Shown one piece after another: positions 49,881-63,933 of a stretch of 64,000 nucleotides of DNA. Source of the DNA: Camelus dromedarius (lineage: Eukaryota); the NCBI RefSeq assembly GCF_036321535.1, contig NC_087472.1:99884001-99948000 (forward strand), written 5' to 3'. Below the pieces are notes generated by a model, which saw only the letters and a list, made by a program, of their open reading frames with translations, did no database searches and had not been told where the DNA came from. The position numbers were made by a program, and so were the translations under genes. The stretch's first letter is position 1, and the number at the start of each line of letters is the position of its first letter.

Positions 49881-52800
49881 CAGATCCTCCAGATGGCTTG
49901 GTAGCTGTCGACAATACATTCCAGGCATTAGCACTGTTAAGGACAGTTGTGTCTGCTCCCACCCTTGGCCAATTCTCTGGGCTTTACCTGAGTCACAGTG
50001 AAGGAGCTTCTTGGTTAAAAAAAGCCTTCCTCAAGGAGTGAGAGGTCATTTTTTATTTAAACTTGCAGCATGGATGTTGTATATTCTAAAACTATCCCAG
50101 ACTCCAGAATGTTGACAAATTGCAGCCAGAAAATCTGAAAACTTTTCTTGGGGCCAAAAGTCATTCTCATGAACCAGAAAGAAAAGGGTTGTCTGTTTCC
50201 TTCTGAGAATGATTTATATTTTTGTTTCTTCTATCATTGAACCCATACCAGAAAGTGATGAGCCCTCCAAAATTGGTACACTGCTATATGGAGGAATTTT
50301 TTTAAAATATTCACACCTCGAGTTTAAAACCAAAGTTGCATAAAGTGGACACTTTTAACAGTTAGCAGCAAATACACTAAATACGTACTTGAAAATGAGC
50401 AAGAAGGATTTTGTTCATTTGAATACGGACTGTTTTCTACTTGAAGCAAAATGAAATGAAAAAATCTTTTGGTTTCATCCTTATAAGGGTTTCCCAACCA
50501 ACTTTATCCATGTGATAGGCTAAGTATCGGCTGTAATCAATACCCTGCTGGCCTGTGTGAGGATCAGCTTCCATTTCAGGGCTCTGGTTCCCAGTTTTTG
50601 CACCGTTTGCGGACCTCATGGAGAAGCTGCCTCTCTCTGAACCCCTCCTGCTGCCTGTAATTTTGGACATTGTTCCTTACTCACATTTGGGTGGATACTA
50701 ACAAAGGTTCAATAACATATGTTTACTGTGTGCCTACTATGGGCCTGGGGCAGATAGAAAGACTAGAAAAATAGCAGCCGGTCTTGCCTGCAAGCAGTTC
50801 TAATCTGTTCTGTCACTTGGGAAATGTTAAGAAAGTGCTGCACATTTCTTATATCTTTTTTCTGGCAAGGTGGGGATATGTCTCTTATTTACTTCTGTCA
50901 TTCTGAATGTGAAGCCACTCCGCAGGTTTCTGGTTGGCTTTATATGTCCCTGTTTCTATTTCCAGTTTATCATGAATTCAGTGTTTGGTAAGTCTCTATT
51001 GTATTTTGCACATTTATTATTCTTTGCTATTATTATTATTACTGTTATGCTCTCCTGATACACAATGTATTTTATAATCATCTTTTTAAGTCGCTCTGCT
51101 ACTTTGGCATCTGCCTTCCAAAAGAGAAACTGCTTTTACCATCTTTAAGGTTTGTTATGCATTTGCATTTTACTGCCCCTTCCAGAGATGAATGCTATAA
51201 GATCTGATGGTTTAAAGGATGTTATTTGTAACAGGTGTAGCACTGATGCTCTGAGATAAGATTAAAGTTGAGGGTGGGGGAGGGTTGCTCTCTAAGTTGG
51301 TATGTGGATATGACTTTCTTAGTAGAAAATGACTCTTTGGGGCTCATTTTTCATGTGTTTAATCCTTCAGACAGGTTTAATTCAGAAGTTATTCTTAACA
51401 GAGGGTCCAACAGCTGCTCTGCCTCTGCACACTGTTGCTTTAAAAGTTAGGGCAGAAATTCTCCAGAATTCATTTTGTGTGTGGATGGGTGATGCGACAT
51501 GCCCCTCAACATAATATGGACCCAGTGTTGGCTGCACAGAAGGGCTGTCCATGTTGGTCTGCTGTGTGTAACCGTCAGAAGAATTTTACCTACTGTTTGT
51601 CTTTCTTTTCCTCACAGTTTCACTACTAGTCATTCCAGTCCCTCAACAGATCTGGCCGTAGTGACCTTCCTCCCCTGACTCTACTGAAGGGGAAATGTTT
51701 GTTCAAGCTTTCATTTCTTTAGCATTCACTTGGCTAACACCAGAATAATATCCTTGAGGTATCTGTTGGGTTGTTCATCATAACATGAGTGAGTGAGTGT
51801 GTGTGCGTGTGTGAACATAAGCATGCTCGTGCTGGCGTGAAACTCTTGTGTTGGCTTGGAGGCCATGGTTAGAATCTTGACAGGCTGTGGGCTCTTTGTT
51901 TGAAATGAAATTGTAAACCACGGGCGGAAAAAGTGTGTCCTTAATAAAGAAAATAGCAACCACTTTGGTTTTCCAGTGCTTTGTTGTTCAAGGTAGATGT
52001 GGGATCTGGGGATTTGTTTAGAGAAACAAGACTTTTTTTCTTTTCAAATTTGTTTTTCAAGAAGCAGATGTGAATTACCTCCAGTTAACTCAGAATCTGA
52101 AAATGTGGTGTATTGGGTTAGATTTTTCTTCAACTTTCCAAATCATCTGCCAGTTTTACCTAAATTGCTGGCTTTTATGGACAGACAGAAGAGTAAGAGT
52201 TAAGAGAAGGCATTACTTTTGTGTGGAAGCTCTTGGCTATCATCTGAGCTGTTCTTTCCCACGGAAGATAAAAATAAAGCCGGCACCCTGGCAGTGAACG
52301 TGGATGGATATAATATATAGTCATTCAATAATATATACATCTATGTAAATGCATCTGTATATGCATTTTGATTTTTTTTTTTTGTCCCAGTGGGCCTTCA
52401 TTCTTGAAAGGTTGAGAGTAAAAGGGCCATAAAGAGGAAAGTAACTGATCCCTGGCTGCATTTCTGATGTGTTTTATTAGGAGCCCGTGTTAGGACCAGT
52501 AATTGATGTTAGAGAATGTTTCCCTTGTCCATTTTCTTATCTGAGTAGTACTGCTGTTGGACCTGGGGGTGGTGGTAAAATCGGTGAAAAGAAGCCATTC
52601 TGGAGAGATGTGGCTATCATATTTTTCCTATAATTTTATAGATATTATATGGGTCATTGACAAAATTATCTAGAATTTTTCTTCTATTATATTTATCTCC
52701 TTTGAATCTCTGTGTTCTGGTAGTAAGATGTTAAGTCTGGAGTAACGAGTGTCCCAGGGAATGATCACTGATTTGGACTTCCGCCACACTCCTGCTGGAT

Positions 52801-55800
52801 TGCCACCCAAGTCCACGCAGAGGACCATCCCTGCAGTGGTTTTGTGGTGGTGGCTCCACCTGGTGGCTCTCCTAGGAAACTCCTCCTCCTCTCCACCGTT
52901 TCTCCCTGGGAGACTCCTGTGTGGGATGCCTTTGGTTCCTCTGATTTAGTGTTTCAATCTGTGCAATTCCATCTCGGACCCATGGCTTCTCACATTTCAC
53001 ACGTTGTTCTCTCTAGCTCCTTTCCTTTCTTTTCTAATATTTACTCTTTGAACTTATAGAATCTGTTTCTACATCTTTGTTCCATCTGTTATACCCCTAC
53101 TGACCAGGATCATCGTTAAGTGTTTAAAAAAAAAAAAGACTCCTATGGGGATGACTAGGTATAGATATTAATTTGGACATGATAAATAATTACACTAAAA
53201 TCCGTGTAGGTAAGTTATGGTCTCCTCCTTAATAGCTCCAAGTATCCCTAATTACTTCTTTACTTCTTGTTGAACCCAGTTTTCCTCAAAGGAACAATAT
53301 TTTTTTTTACTGATGTTGTTTTCAGTTGTCAGCAGGTGGTGAAATAAAAAGCCAGCTGACTTCGCCAGCTTTATTATCGTTTGTCAGTTCTCTACGGGAG
53401 GCCCCCTCCTGCCTGGGCGTGGGCTGCCCCAACCCCACTCTGGGTATACCACCAAGTATGAGTGTTTTTGATAAATAAATTTATTTCTTCTTTAATTTCA
53501 TTGTTTTTAAGTTTTTGTTACTTGATGACATTGTAGATGTGCCTTGTTTTAGCTACGTTGTGGATTAGCCTGGGAACTTAATTACCACTTACGACTTTGT
53601 TTCTATGGGGGAAAGCATTGGGAGTTCTAAACACTGTGCAGAGTGCATACCTCACTTATAAATCTGACTTGATTTTCTATTTTGTTTTTTATATTGCTGG
53701 CATAAAGCCTTAGGTACCTTTTAAAAGTCAGAGAGTCCATATAATTGGATATACAATTGGGAATAACAAGTTTTCTCATGTTGTGGAGGAGTTCACAATT
53801 CACGTGGTGCAGAATGCTGAAATTGAACAAGCTCTCTGCAGTAAATCAGGCTTCAAGGATAGCACTGAGTTCAGCCACATTGCACCATTGTATGCAGTGC
53901 TCATTTTCCCAGGTCCTAAGTTGGACCCTGGTGTGCCCAAGTCTGTCTGTATTATGCATGTTGTAAAAGAGGGTGCTGTTGTATATTTCAGTCTACTGGG
54001 GAGGAGACCGTGCAACAAGTGTGACACACTCAGATAGAAACCAGACCAGCATTTCCCAGTGCATGTTGTGCTGAACTGTAGCCCTGTAAAATATGCCACA
54101 AAATAGGGATAAAGAGAGATAAGGAGACAAAGAGGGAGAGAAAGTTGGCTCTCTGGACAAGTAACTTTTGGCTACAGCCACCAAAACATTTTGTCCCCAA
54201 CTAGAAAAGGAAAGAGAGAACAGCTCAAAGCTTCCCTGGGTGCCCTAACACCCTCTTAGAGACTGACAAGCAAATTAGCATCTCACAGGCTCTCAGATGC
54301 CCTGTGTAAGGAAACCTGCTTCTCTTTGACCACTGAACCGCATTTTACTGAAAACAAATTGGAACTCCACTTTGGAATGTGCTGGACTTTAAAATGCAGG
54401 GCAAGGAGCTGTCTAAGCATGTCCAAGATCATCTTCAGCTTCTACCTTGCACAAATACTGTGAACATGAGTGGAGATGGTGCTGCTGGCACTGAAAGAAA
54501 TGACTGATGATGCTTCTCAAGCCTATAGCCGTGAGAAAACAAGTTAGATGATGCTAGGAGAACATCCCTGAATCTAAAACTTGAAAGCCAGTCTTTTTGT
54601 AGTTTTTCAAGTGACAGGCCTTTATTGTTTCTTGGGTCCTGTGTCTAAGAGTGTCTCGCTGGGTTGGGCTTTGGCAGGAAAAGTGGGCTGAGTGGGCTGA
54701 CCCGGTGACCTATAAGGCCAGGTCTTCCTGGGACTTGGGTCAGGGCAGAACTTGGGAATCCAGGGGCAGATTTTATGATGATGACAGAAAGTGATTCCAC
54801 GTAGTCAAAACATTCCCATTGCCTTCTCTCTCTGCGTCGACTGAAAAACAGGGAATTTTAGCTTTTATTGATACCATTAAAACCCTGATTGGACACGAAG
54901 AAGAGCTTTGTTCACTTTCTCCCCCTCCTAATGAAAGAGGCTGCCATTTTGAGTTCAGGTAATGAATCTACACGTGAGGCTGTGAGGAAAACCCATGTAG
55001 CCTGCTGTTTCAGAGTTCTGGAATCCCAGAATTCCTGAGGTGGCTGAGGGCCCTGATAGTGATCCAGCCTTTGGCCTGAAACAGGGACCCATTAGTCAAT
55101 ATGCCAGGCAAGAGGACAGGGAGCCTCTGCCTAGGGGACCTGAAAGAACACCCCTCTGATTTGGGGAACTAACCTTTGCTAAGACCCACATGGGATCCTC
55201 CTTTCCAAAGGGAGGTTGTTCTGGGTAAAGAGCTGGTAGGTTGAGTAAAGGTAATTAATTAGAGGTTTTATATTGTGACAGCAGCTGTCCTCACTTGTAG
55301 AGAAAGCCCTGGAAAGGGGCCCTTTTCTTCTATAGTTTCCTCATTCTCTTTTAATTACACAGATCGGTCCTACTGGTCTGTCATCATAGCCTGGTCCCCC
55401 TGATCCCACCTGCAGTCTCACTGTAGTCTTTGGACTGTTATGCCCTGAACAGTGAGGACATTTCATGGCCCACCCTCCTAAACCATGGTCTGGCTGACAG
55501 CAGGCCCAGCTGCAGTGTGAGGTGGGCCACCCTTTTATCCGCAACTAGAAAGGGAATGTGAGAACAGCTCGAAGCTTTCCCTGGGTGTGTGTGTGCACGT
55601 GGCAGGGGAAGCACACTCGAGGAGGATTGAACTGCTTGTTCCATTTGTGTCTCTCTGGAGGCCTGAGTAAGCTCAGTGGCAGCAGGGCCTCACTGCAGGA
55701 AGAATCCAGACCCCACTTCAGCTACAGCCCCAAAGTCTCTGTGGAACTTTGGGCAAGTCTCATACCTTTTTTTCTAATCTGTAAAGTAAGAGGACAACTC

Positions 55801-56019
55801 TTGCTAATTCCCTTAAGGAAATTGTGGGGAGAAAAATTAAGAAAGAGAATAAGTTTGGGGGCAGAGGGTGGGGAGTAACCTCATTGAATATAGTATAGTT
55901 GTTATTAAAAGTGATAAACTGTTAGTAAGGCCCCAGAGTATTGGAAAGAAATGATAGATAAACGGAAAATAATAATAAGGCGTTGTTTCCATGAAGCAAC
56001 CAGCAATCAGATACACACA

Positions 56020-57895
56020 GAGCATTCTCCAAGATAGACTATATGCTAGGCCATAAGCGAAGTCTCAGTTATTTTAAAAGGATTAAAATCATACAAAATG
56101 TGTTCTCTATCCATGCTGGAATGAAATTAGAAATCAACAACAGAAGGACATTTGGGAAATTCATAAATATATGTAAATGAAGCGACATACTCCTAAATAA
56201 CCAGTGGGTCAAAGAAGAATCCACAACAGAAATTTTCAAATACTTTGAAAGGAGTGAAAATGAAAACACAGCATTCAAAAATTTGTTACATGCAGCTGAA
56301 GCAATGCTTAGGGTGAAATTTATAGCTGCAAATGCCTATATTCACAAGGAAAACAGCTCTCAAATCAGTATCCTAACTTATTTTTTTAGCTTCATTGAGA
56401 TATAATTGACATATTGTCTGAATTTAAAGTGTACAATGTATACCTATATTTTGTGAAATGATTATCACAGTAAGGGTAGTTGACACATCCTTCACCTCAC
56501 ATAATTATACCATTTTTTTTTTTTTGGTTGTTGTGATAGTGCAAACATAGAAGATTTGTCTTTCTGTGACTTATTTCACTTAGCATATTGCCCTCAAATT
56601 TCATTCATGTAGCAAATGGCAGGATTTCCTTCTTTTTATGACTAAATAATAGTTCTCTGCACGTGTGTTTCTGTGTCTGTGTGCATGTGTTTGTATCACA
56701 TTTTAATTTATTTTTTTAACTTTTTCAATGTTCTATTTTAATTTTTTTTTTTGGTATCACATTTTAAAATTTTATTCTTCTGTCAGTGGACACTTAGGTT
56801 ATTTCCATGTCTTGGCTATCATGAATAATGCTGCAATGAACATCAGGGTGCAGATATCTCTTTGAGACAGTGATTAATTTCCTTTGGATATATACCTAGA
56901 AGTGGGACTGTCAATAGCCTAACTTTTTAACCTTAAGAAATTAGAAAAAGAAGGGCAAACTAAACTCAAAGCAAGCTGAAAGAAGGAAATAATAGAGATC
57001 AGAGTGGAAATAAATGAAATAGAGAATAGAAAAACAGTACAGGAAATCAATGAAACCAAAAATTGGCTCTTTGAAATGGTCAACAGAATTGATAAAGTTT
57101 AGCTACACTGATCAAGAAAAAAAGGAGAGAAGACTTAAACTACTAATGTGAGGAACTGAAAAAGGGACATCACTATTCATCTTAGAGAAATTAAAAGAAC
57201 TGTAAGGGAATACTGTGAACAACTTATACACTGCTGGTGGGAATGTAAGACGTACCACTGCTTTGGATAATCGATTTGAGAAGGATAGAGGACTGACTAT
57301 GACATTTCCTCAAAGCATTAAGTATAGAGTTACTATATGACCCAGCATAGCACACCCAAGAAAAATGAAAACATGTGTCCACACACAAACCTGTACACAA
57401 ATGTTCATAGCAGCATTATTCATAATAGCCTAAAAAGGAAACAATCCATATGTCCATCACTTGATGAATGAATGAACAAAATATGATTTAATCCATGCAG
57501 TGGAATATTATTTGGCAATAAAAAAGAATGAAGTCCTGATACAGGTTGTAACATGGATGGGCCTTGAAAACACTATGCTAAATGAAGGAAGCCAGGCACA
57601 AAAGATCACATATTGTATGATTCCACTTGTGTGAATGTCCAGAATAGACAAATCCCCAGAGACAGCAAGTAGATTTGTGTTTGCCCGGAACTGGGTGTGG
57701 GGATCGAAAGTGACTGCTGATGGGCATGAGGTTTCTTTTGGCAGGAGGTGACAGAAATGTTCTCAAATTAGATTGTTGTAATGGTTGCATGATTCTGTAA
57801 ATATATAAAAAAACCATTTAATTATACACTTAAAAATTGATGAATTTTATAGTATGTAAATTACATCTCAGTAAAGCTGTTTGGGGAAAAAAAAA
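56020..57895 (+). mobile_element. Internally deleted L1M (ORF2 EN/linker part plus 3' end), interrupted by an antisense L1MA (56380-56910)
   Basis: cattctccaagatagactatatgctaggccataag...taccagtgggtcaaagaagaa...aatcaatgaaaccaaaaattggctctttgaaa, jumping near 57225 to acactgctggtgggaatgtaa...; nested-element TSD tca(g/a)ta(t/g)cctaactt at 56365-56379 / 56911-56925. Confidence 0.85.
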
Positions 57896-58299
57896 GACTA
57901 CCACACAGATTAGTGTTAAAATGCAGTGTCTGGCTGTGCCTGTCTGTCTGTCTTTCTCTTTTATGTCCTCTGCCACTACCCAATTCCCAGCTGGGGGACA
58001 AGATGTGTCATTCCATTTATTCAAGTCTTTAAAAATTATATATTTCTCAGTGAAGCTGTATTTTTCTTCATTCAATCAGTTGCCTAGGAGATAGTGAGTC
58101 TGAGGGATTAAAAAGACACTGTTTTGCTAGAGATGACCTAAATATTAGATAATCGATTTGAGAAGGGTAGAGGACTGACTATGACATTCTATTGTTCATT
58201 TCTTGAGAAAAAAATGAGGAGTTTCCCTGTAAATCAAAAGCCAAACCTCTTCTATTCTAAATTCTATGCTTCACAGAGAGAGCCTTTGCAGGAAAAGAA

Positions 58300-59660
58300 A
58301 GAACCCCTTTATGGTTCTAATTTTTCTTGCCATTGTCAGTAACTCTGCGTTGGCTATTTTTGCTTGTCAATCTTTATCTGCAGCGCTGATGATTTCTTTA
58401 GGAAAGATTCTTAGATGTGGAGTCACTGGAAAAGAGCATGTATATATTTTATGGGACTTTTAAGTTGTTATCAGATCGATTTCTTGAAGGCTTACACCAA
58501 CTGACACCACCGTCAGAAGTGGGGAGAGTCCCTATTAGTGGTTTTAGCTTGAATTTCTTTGATTAATAGAGTGCTTAAACACTTTATCCTCTGTCATTTG
58601 TTCATATTCTTTGCTCTTATATTGAGATCTGTGTCTTTTTCTTACTGATTAGTGTATTATTCCTTTGTCATTCATGGCAGATTGTGCTTTCCAGTTTGCT
58701 GGCTTTTCGTTCTGTTTACAGTTGGTTTTGATATACAGAAGTAGTACATTTTTATGCTGGTTCATATATTGATGTTTTCTTTTGTGATTTCTCTGAATAA
58801 ATTCTCAGCTTCATTTTTTACTTCTAATTTTAATCAATACAAAATTTTGATGTATAATATGAGGTTAGTACACAAATTGATTTTTATTTTGCAGTGGCTG
58901 CTTTTCCAGGACCATTTATTGAAGAATCCAGCCCATCCCTCGTTAATTTGTGGTACCTCATTTATCATATAATGTTATTATATATACATATATATATGGC
59001 ATTTTTTTGGACTTTCACTTCTGTACCATCAATTTGTCTCACCATTCTTGTATCAATGTAGTTAACTATTGTGGCTTTATAATGCATTTTAATATATGGC
59101 AAGGTTTTTGTCCTTATTATCACTCATTATTTTCAAAAATGTTTGAGCTATTTTCACTTGTTTCTTCTAAAATTGTGTTATCAAGTTAAAAATTCCATCA
59201 GGATTTGAATTACATTAAAATTATATGTCAACTGAGAAAGAATTGACGTTTTCCCAGCTTTTTCTGCTCAAAAGATTTGTATTAAGTGTCCTATAAATTG
59301 TCTTTCTATACAAGTGCTTAAGTGAAAATCTCCCCTCCCCCTCACCTCTTCTCCTCAAACATCAGGTCCAATTCTTGCAAATCCATCACCACATTAAAAC
59401 ATATTCCTTTCTGAATTTTAAACAGCTGATTTTAGTGATCCAATGACATAGGATATTACTCTGTTGAGTCAAGTTAGGGTTTTATTTGTGCTGTCTTGCT
59501 TACTCCTTGTAATCTTTTTCCTTCGTAGGTTGTGGTGGTTGTTGGCTTTTGTAAAAAGGATCGTTTCCCCTTCTTATTGTTTTCTTATTGCTGATCCACA
59601 GAAGAACTGAACTTTTGAATATTTCTGCTCTAGTAGCCATTTGTGGAACACTTCGTTAAT
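58300..59660 (-). mobile_element. Decayed old L1M fragment
   Basis: gatttctttaggaaagattcttagatgtggagtcactgg...ttttccaggaccatttattgaagaatcc...tattgtggctttataatgcattttaatatatggcaagg. Confidence 0.6.
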
Positions 59661-59769
59661 TAAAAAATGTTCCCCTTTGATATTAGGGGAATTGTTAGTA
59701 CTTACCAGTCCCTAGCTTTCAGAAGGTGGATGAGTAGGAATTACAAAATTCTATATTTGAACAAATGAC

Positions 59770-59972
59770 ATTTTTATTTTATTTTTATTTTTTTACATTT
59801 TGTTTATTGAGTTATAGTCATTTTACAACGCTGTGTCAAATTCCAGTGTAGAGCACAATTTTTCAGTTATACATGAACATACATATATTCATTGTCACAT
59901 TTTTTTCTCTGTGAGCTACCACAAGATCTTGTATTTATTTCCCTGTGCTATACTGTATAATCTTGTTTTTAT
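59770..59972 (-). mobile_element. Camelid L1 3'-UTR fragment (divergent variant)
   Basis: (TTTTA)n tail, then ttattgagttatagtcattttacaac...ttccctgtgctatac. Confidence 0.8.
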
Positions 59973-60428
59973 AAACAAAAATTCCTTAACCTGGAGAGAG
60001 CTTACAGTTTATGTAGAGAAAGAGCCTGAACAACTCCTTCACTTCTTAGAAAACCCCGTGAAGTGTGGTGAGAGAAGCATCAATATCAGTCCATTTTAAG
60101 TATAAAGAAACTGAAGTGGGAAGAAGTGAAAAATGACTCTCCCAAATGCCAATAAAGGGAGACACGGAAGCTCTCCTGCTGCCTCCATCTCACAAAAATA
60201 TACACGGTAACACGAGTAATGGTGATGTAAAAGCCTTAGTGAATGGCTGACCTTAAATGATTATTTTTGGACACTTGTGACTGCATTTCATTCTGTCAAT
60301 ACACCTAAAGTCATCTTCTCTGTGTGTGTGTGTGTTTAGATTTTGGTTTTCTTTACCAGATTGTAAGCTCCTTGATGGAAGAAGCCACAATATATTTGTC
60401 TTGGAGTCAACTTTGTTGGATAGAAGTA

Positions 60429-60631
60429 TAGTTGACCCTTGAACAATACAGGTTTGAACTGCGTGGGTCCACTTAATACACAGATACTTTTCAATAGTGA
60501 ATACTACAGGACTGCCTGGTCCGTGGTTGGTTGAATCCGTGGATGTGGAGGGACCACGGATACCTTAGATGTGGAGGGCTGGCTATAAATTAATATGCAG
60601 ATTAACCCTCATGTCATTCAAGGGTCAGCTG
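60429..60631. mobile_element. Tigger2-family (TcMar) MITE
   Basis: TIRs tagttgacccttgaa / ttcaagggtcagctg flanked by TA dinucleotides (60427-60428, 60632-60633). Confidence 0.88.
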
Positions 60632-63600
60632 TATGTAGTTGTACTCAAACACCCTAACCTTTTTGCAAAATGAGATACCCAAAGGAAAACTATAAGCTTG
60701 TTAAGTTATATATTTAGGGAGGAGCTCTTGAAATTCTGTGATTCAGAGAAATTGTCTTTGGTTACTGAGTGCTGAGGAGAGAGGAGACTTATTAAGTGTC
60801 TGTTTTGGAAAGTGGATTAGGAGAGTAAGTGCTTTATCTAGCCCTAGGCCTGATAATGGGCCATTAGTAGAGAGTGAGAAAGCGAAGTACATTTCCAAAG
60901 GAGGAAATTGGAACCAGATCTTGAGTAACAAGATTGAACGTTGAATTAAGTTAACTGTGTTTGAGCGAAGGCTTCTCAGTGTTTCATATTTCTTAGTATA
61001 ACATGAGATGAAATATATCTAGGGCATGGGAAGGCTTAGCTTTTTTGTCATCATTTTAATCTTTATTTGATTTTACATGCTTCCCCAAGGTTTTCTAAAT
61101 GAAAGTGTATAGGTTGAGTTTATTTGATGTACAACAGTGTATTCACTCTTCCCTCCTTTCTGGGCTCCTCCCTCTCTGATATTTGAGTGCACAGCCTCAC
61201 CAGCGACAGAGCCAGGGAGAGAGAGTGAAGGTATTCATCAAAAGAGATGCTTGGATTATGTAATTATATGTTGATTTTGCTTGTCAGGAGCTCAGCATTT
61301 ATTATGCATTACCAGTGATTAGTATCGTGTTTTCAGATTTGGTTTGGATTTTGGTAAAATCTATCTGTGTAACCACCTCCTGTTGGCTTGAAGATTCTGG
61401 AACTCTGGGCCAGGGAGCCCTCTTCCCCTCTGCCCCTCACCCTCTCTGTCTTTCCCCTTTCCCTCCCTTTCCCTCTTCCCAAGGCCCGGCTTGTATGGGT
61501 TCTTACGTATTGTCATTGTTGGCAAAGGAAAAGATTTCCAGAATGTTTTGCTATTGAGTTTTCCCCTTACTTCTTTTAACTCTTTTTTCTAGGCCCTGGT
61601 ATTTGATAGAGTAAAGCAAACAAATGAACACAAGCATACTGTTAATAGTTATCTTTTTTAATAAAAAAATAAAAACATTGTTTAGAAAAAAATGACACCA
61701 ATAGTTTTAAGTTTGACTTCTAAAAAGCTTTAAAGCAACTCTTTGATAATATCTTTGGGAGTAGTTTGTTTCTTTTGAGGAAATTAGCTTTCTTTGTAAT
61801 TTACTTTTGTCTAAATCATTAAGATAAAAAGTAAGACAGTTAAAGTTATAGAGAAAGAGAAAAAGTAAGTTGCCGGTGTGTCTGACATTGTGTGGACAGG
61901 GACTGTCACCCAATGAGCGAGGAATGAAAACTCTGATTCTATTTTGTACATATATGTACACCTAAAAATATACTTCACACTCGCCTCCTAAGCTTTGGCC
62001 CTGTAGCCCTGACCTTCTTGTGCAGAATTTGTGTGCAATTCAGTCATTTTGAACTGTGCTATACAGTAAGAAACTGTGCTATACAGAAAGAGCCTCTTCC
62101 CCACCTTCTCTTTCCTTTCTTCCTTCCCTCTTCCCCTGGCTCCCTCTCCATCCCTTCCTCTGTGATGCCTTACTCCAAGCTCTATCCCATTCTGAAGCCT
62201 GGCCAGGGTATGCATAAATCTGCGTTTATTCCATGAGTGTCATCTGCTCTTATTTACATTTGTGCAGCCTGGACCAGAATAAAAGGGGTCATTGAAATCC
62301 AGGTTTGACCCACATAAACCCTTTTGCAGTCTATCAGATAGGCTGATGTGGGTTGCTATTTTACTTTTCTCATTCCCTGCTGATCCTCTCGGGTAGAGGT
62401 GTTAATCAATTAAAAAATGACCAACCTAAGCAGCGAGAAGGAAGAGAGGAAGAGAGTCAAGCATCAGTTGGGTGGTTCTGCAGGATCAATCTCTCCCTCC
62501 GTCCCCATCTTCATAAATTATGAACTGTATCGATCAATTCGTATTGATGTATGAACTCATTCTATCAAAAGCCCAAGTTGAAGTGCAAAATGGAAAGTGA
62601 TCATTTATTAGAGCTGAGGAGTGTCAACTTTGTATGGAAATGGAACAAAACCAAACCACACAGGCTCGGATGGCCTCCCTTCCAAGCTTTAGATTGCATC
62701 TGGCCAGAGGCAAATGGGGTCTGGGTAACCAGCAAGCCTTGATAACCATTGACGGATATTCTGTTCATTTTCAGTGTCTTAGAACCTGACCGTCATTTTG
62801 TTGAGGCTGGAAACCCATTTGTGTTCCTTTTCCTCCCTTATACTTTGCCCGGGATGAGTCAGAGGACCCTCCTTTGTGGACTCACGAGATATTTTTATAG
62901 TTCACAGCTCTTCCAGCAATTAGCCATCTTGGGAAAGTCATTTCACCTTTGAAGCATCAGTTTCTTCATCTGCAGGTTGGAAAGTTGACTGAGATTTCCA
63001 GTATTTTTAAATCTGGGGACCCTTGCTAAAAGCTTTTGACTCTTTGGATGAAAAATTCCTTATCTTCTTGAGCACATAACTAGGTCTTCAGATTAGGGTC
63101 ACAGTACTGTTTACATATAGTCCTGTAAAACTTTCTAACCTGTGCACCCTCATGCGGGCTGTTAAGCCTTTTGGAATGTCACAAAGCTAAAGGATCCCAC
63201 TCTTCTCTTTGCAAATGCTATCCAGGGTCCCCAAGAAGGAATATTGAGGTCCATTCTACATATCCTCTGCAGCCCACTTGAGCTCCTGCGGCCAACAAAG
63301 ATTTGTTGAATGAATCAGATTCCCACATGACCTGTGAGAAACTTCTGAAAAGCTTTAGAGGATTTTGGTTCTTTGCTGAGAAAGCCCTATGGTGGTTTTA
63401 TTGAGTAATGAATTTAAGACAGTGTTTCTGCCTTTGGTAAACTACTCATTCTTGCCCAATGTGTGGCTGTGCGGGTTCTTTGCTCAGCTGGATTGCATGG
63501 GGTTGGATGGGTGGTGAGATGTATGTTCATTTTGCATTCAGCTTAGCATGCTTCAGAATCCTACCTCCCCCAAAGGATTTTTTAGTATCATCTCCACGTT

Positions 63601-63762
63601 TATATCAGTGCGTGTGGGATAAAATCATTCATGACAAATTGGATTGCATTGCAAACTGTAGGTACCAGTCTTGTCCCCCCAACTTTGTTAGGTGATGCCT
63701 GAAGACTGCTAGCTAAGTGATGTGTGTCCTGTAGCATGTTTAATATTTCAAAATAAGGTTTT

Positions 63763-63933
63763 TTTAAAAAACATTTTAAAGTATAGTTGATTTACAATGT
63801 TAGTTTCTGGTGTACAACATAGTGATTCAGTTATACATACATATATATATATTCCTTTTCCTAGTCTTTTTCATTATAGGCTATTACAAGATACTGAATA
63901 TAGTTCCCTGTGCTATACAGTAGGACCTTGTTA
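63763..63933 (-). mobile_element. Artiodactyl/camelid L1 3'-UTR fragment with TSD
   Basis: Same L1 3' motif; TSD ttcaaaataa(g/a)gtttt at 63747-63762 / 63934-63949. Confidence 0.88.

Noticed and set aside
63459..63695. ORF ending ...NCRYQSCPPNFVR, resembling the CIN85 SH3A end (NGRRGLFPDNFVR), as a duplicated SH3 exon
   Set aside because: The WW motif and correct spacing are absent and a stop follows; likely coincidence. A pairwise alignment to the SH3A exon would settle it.
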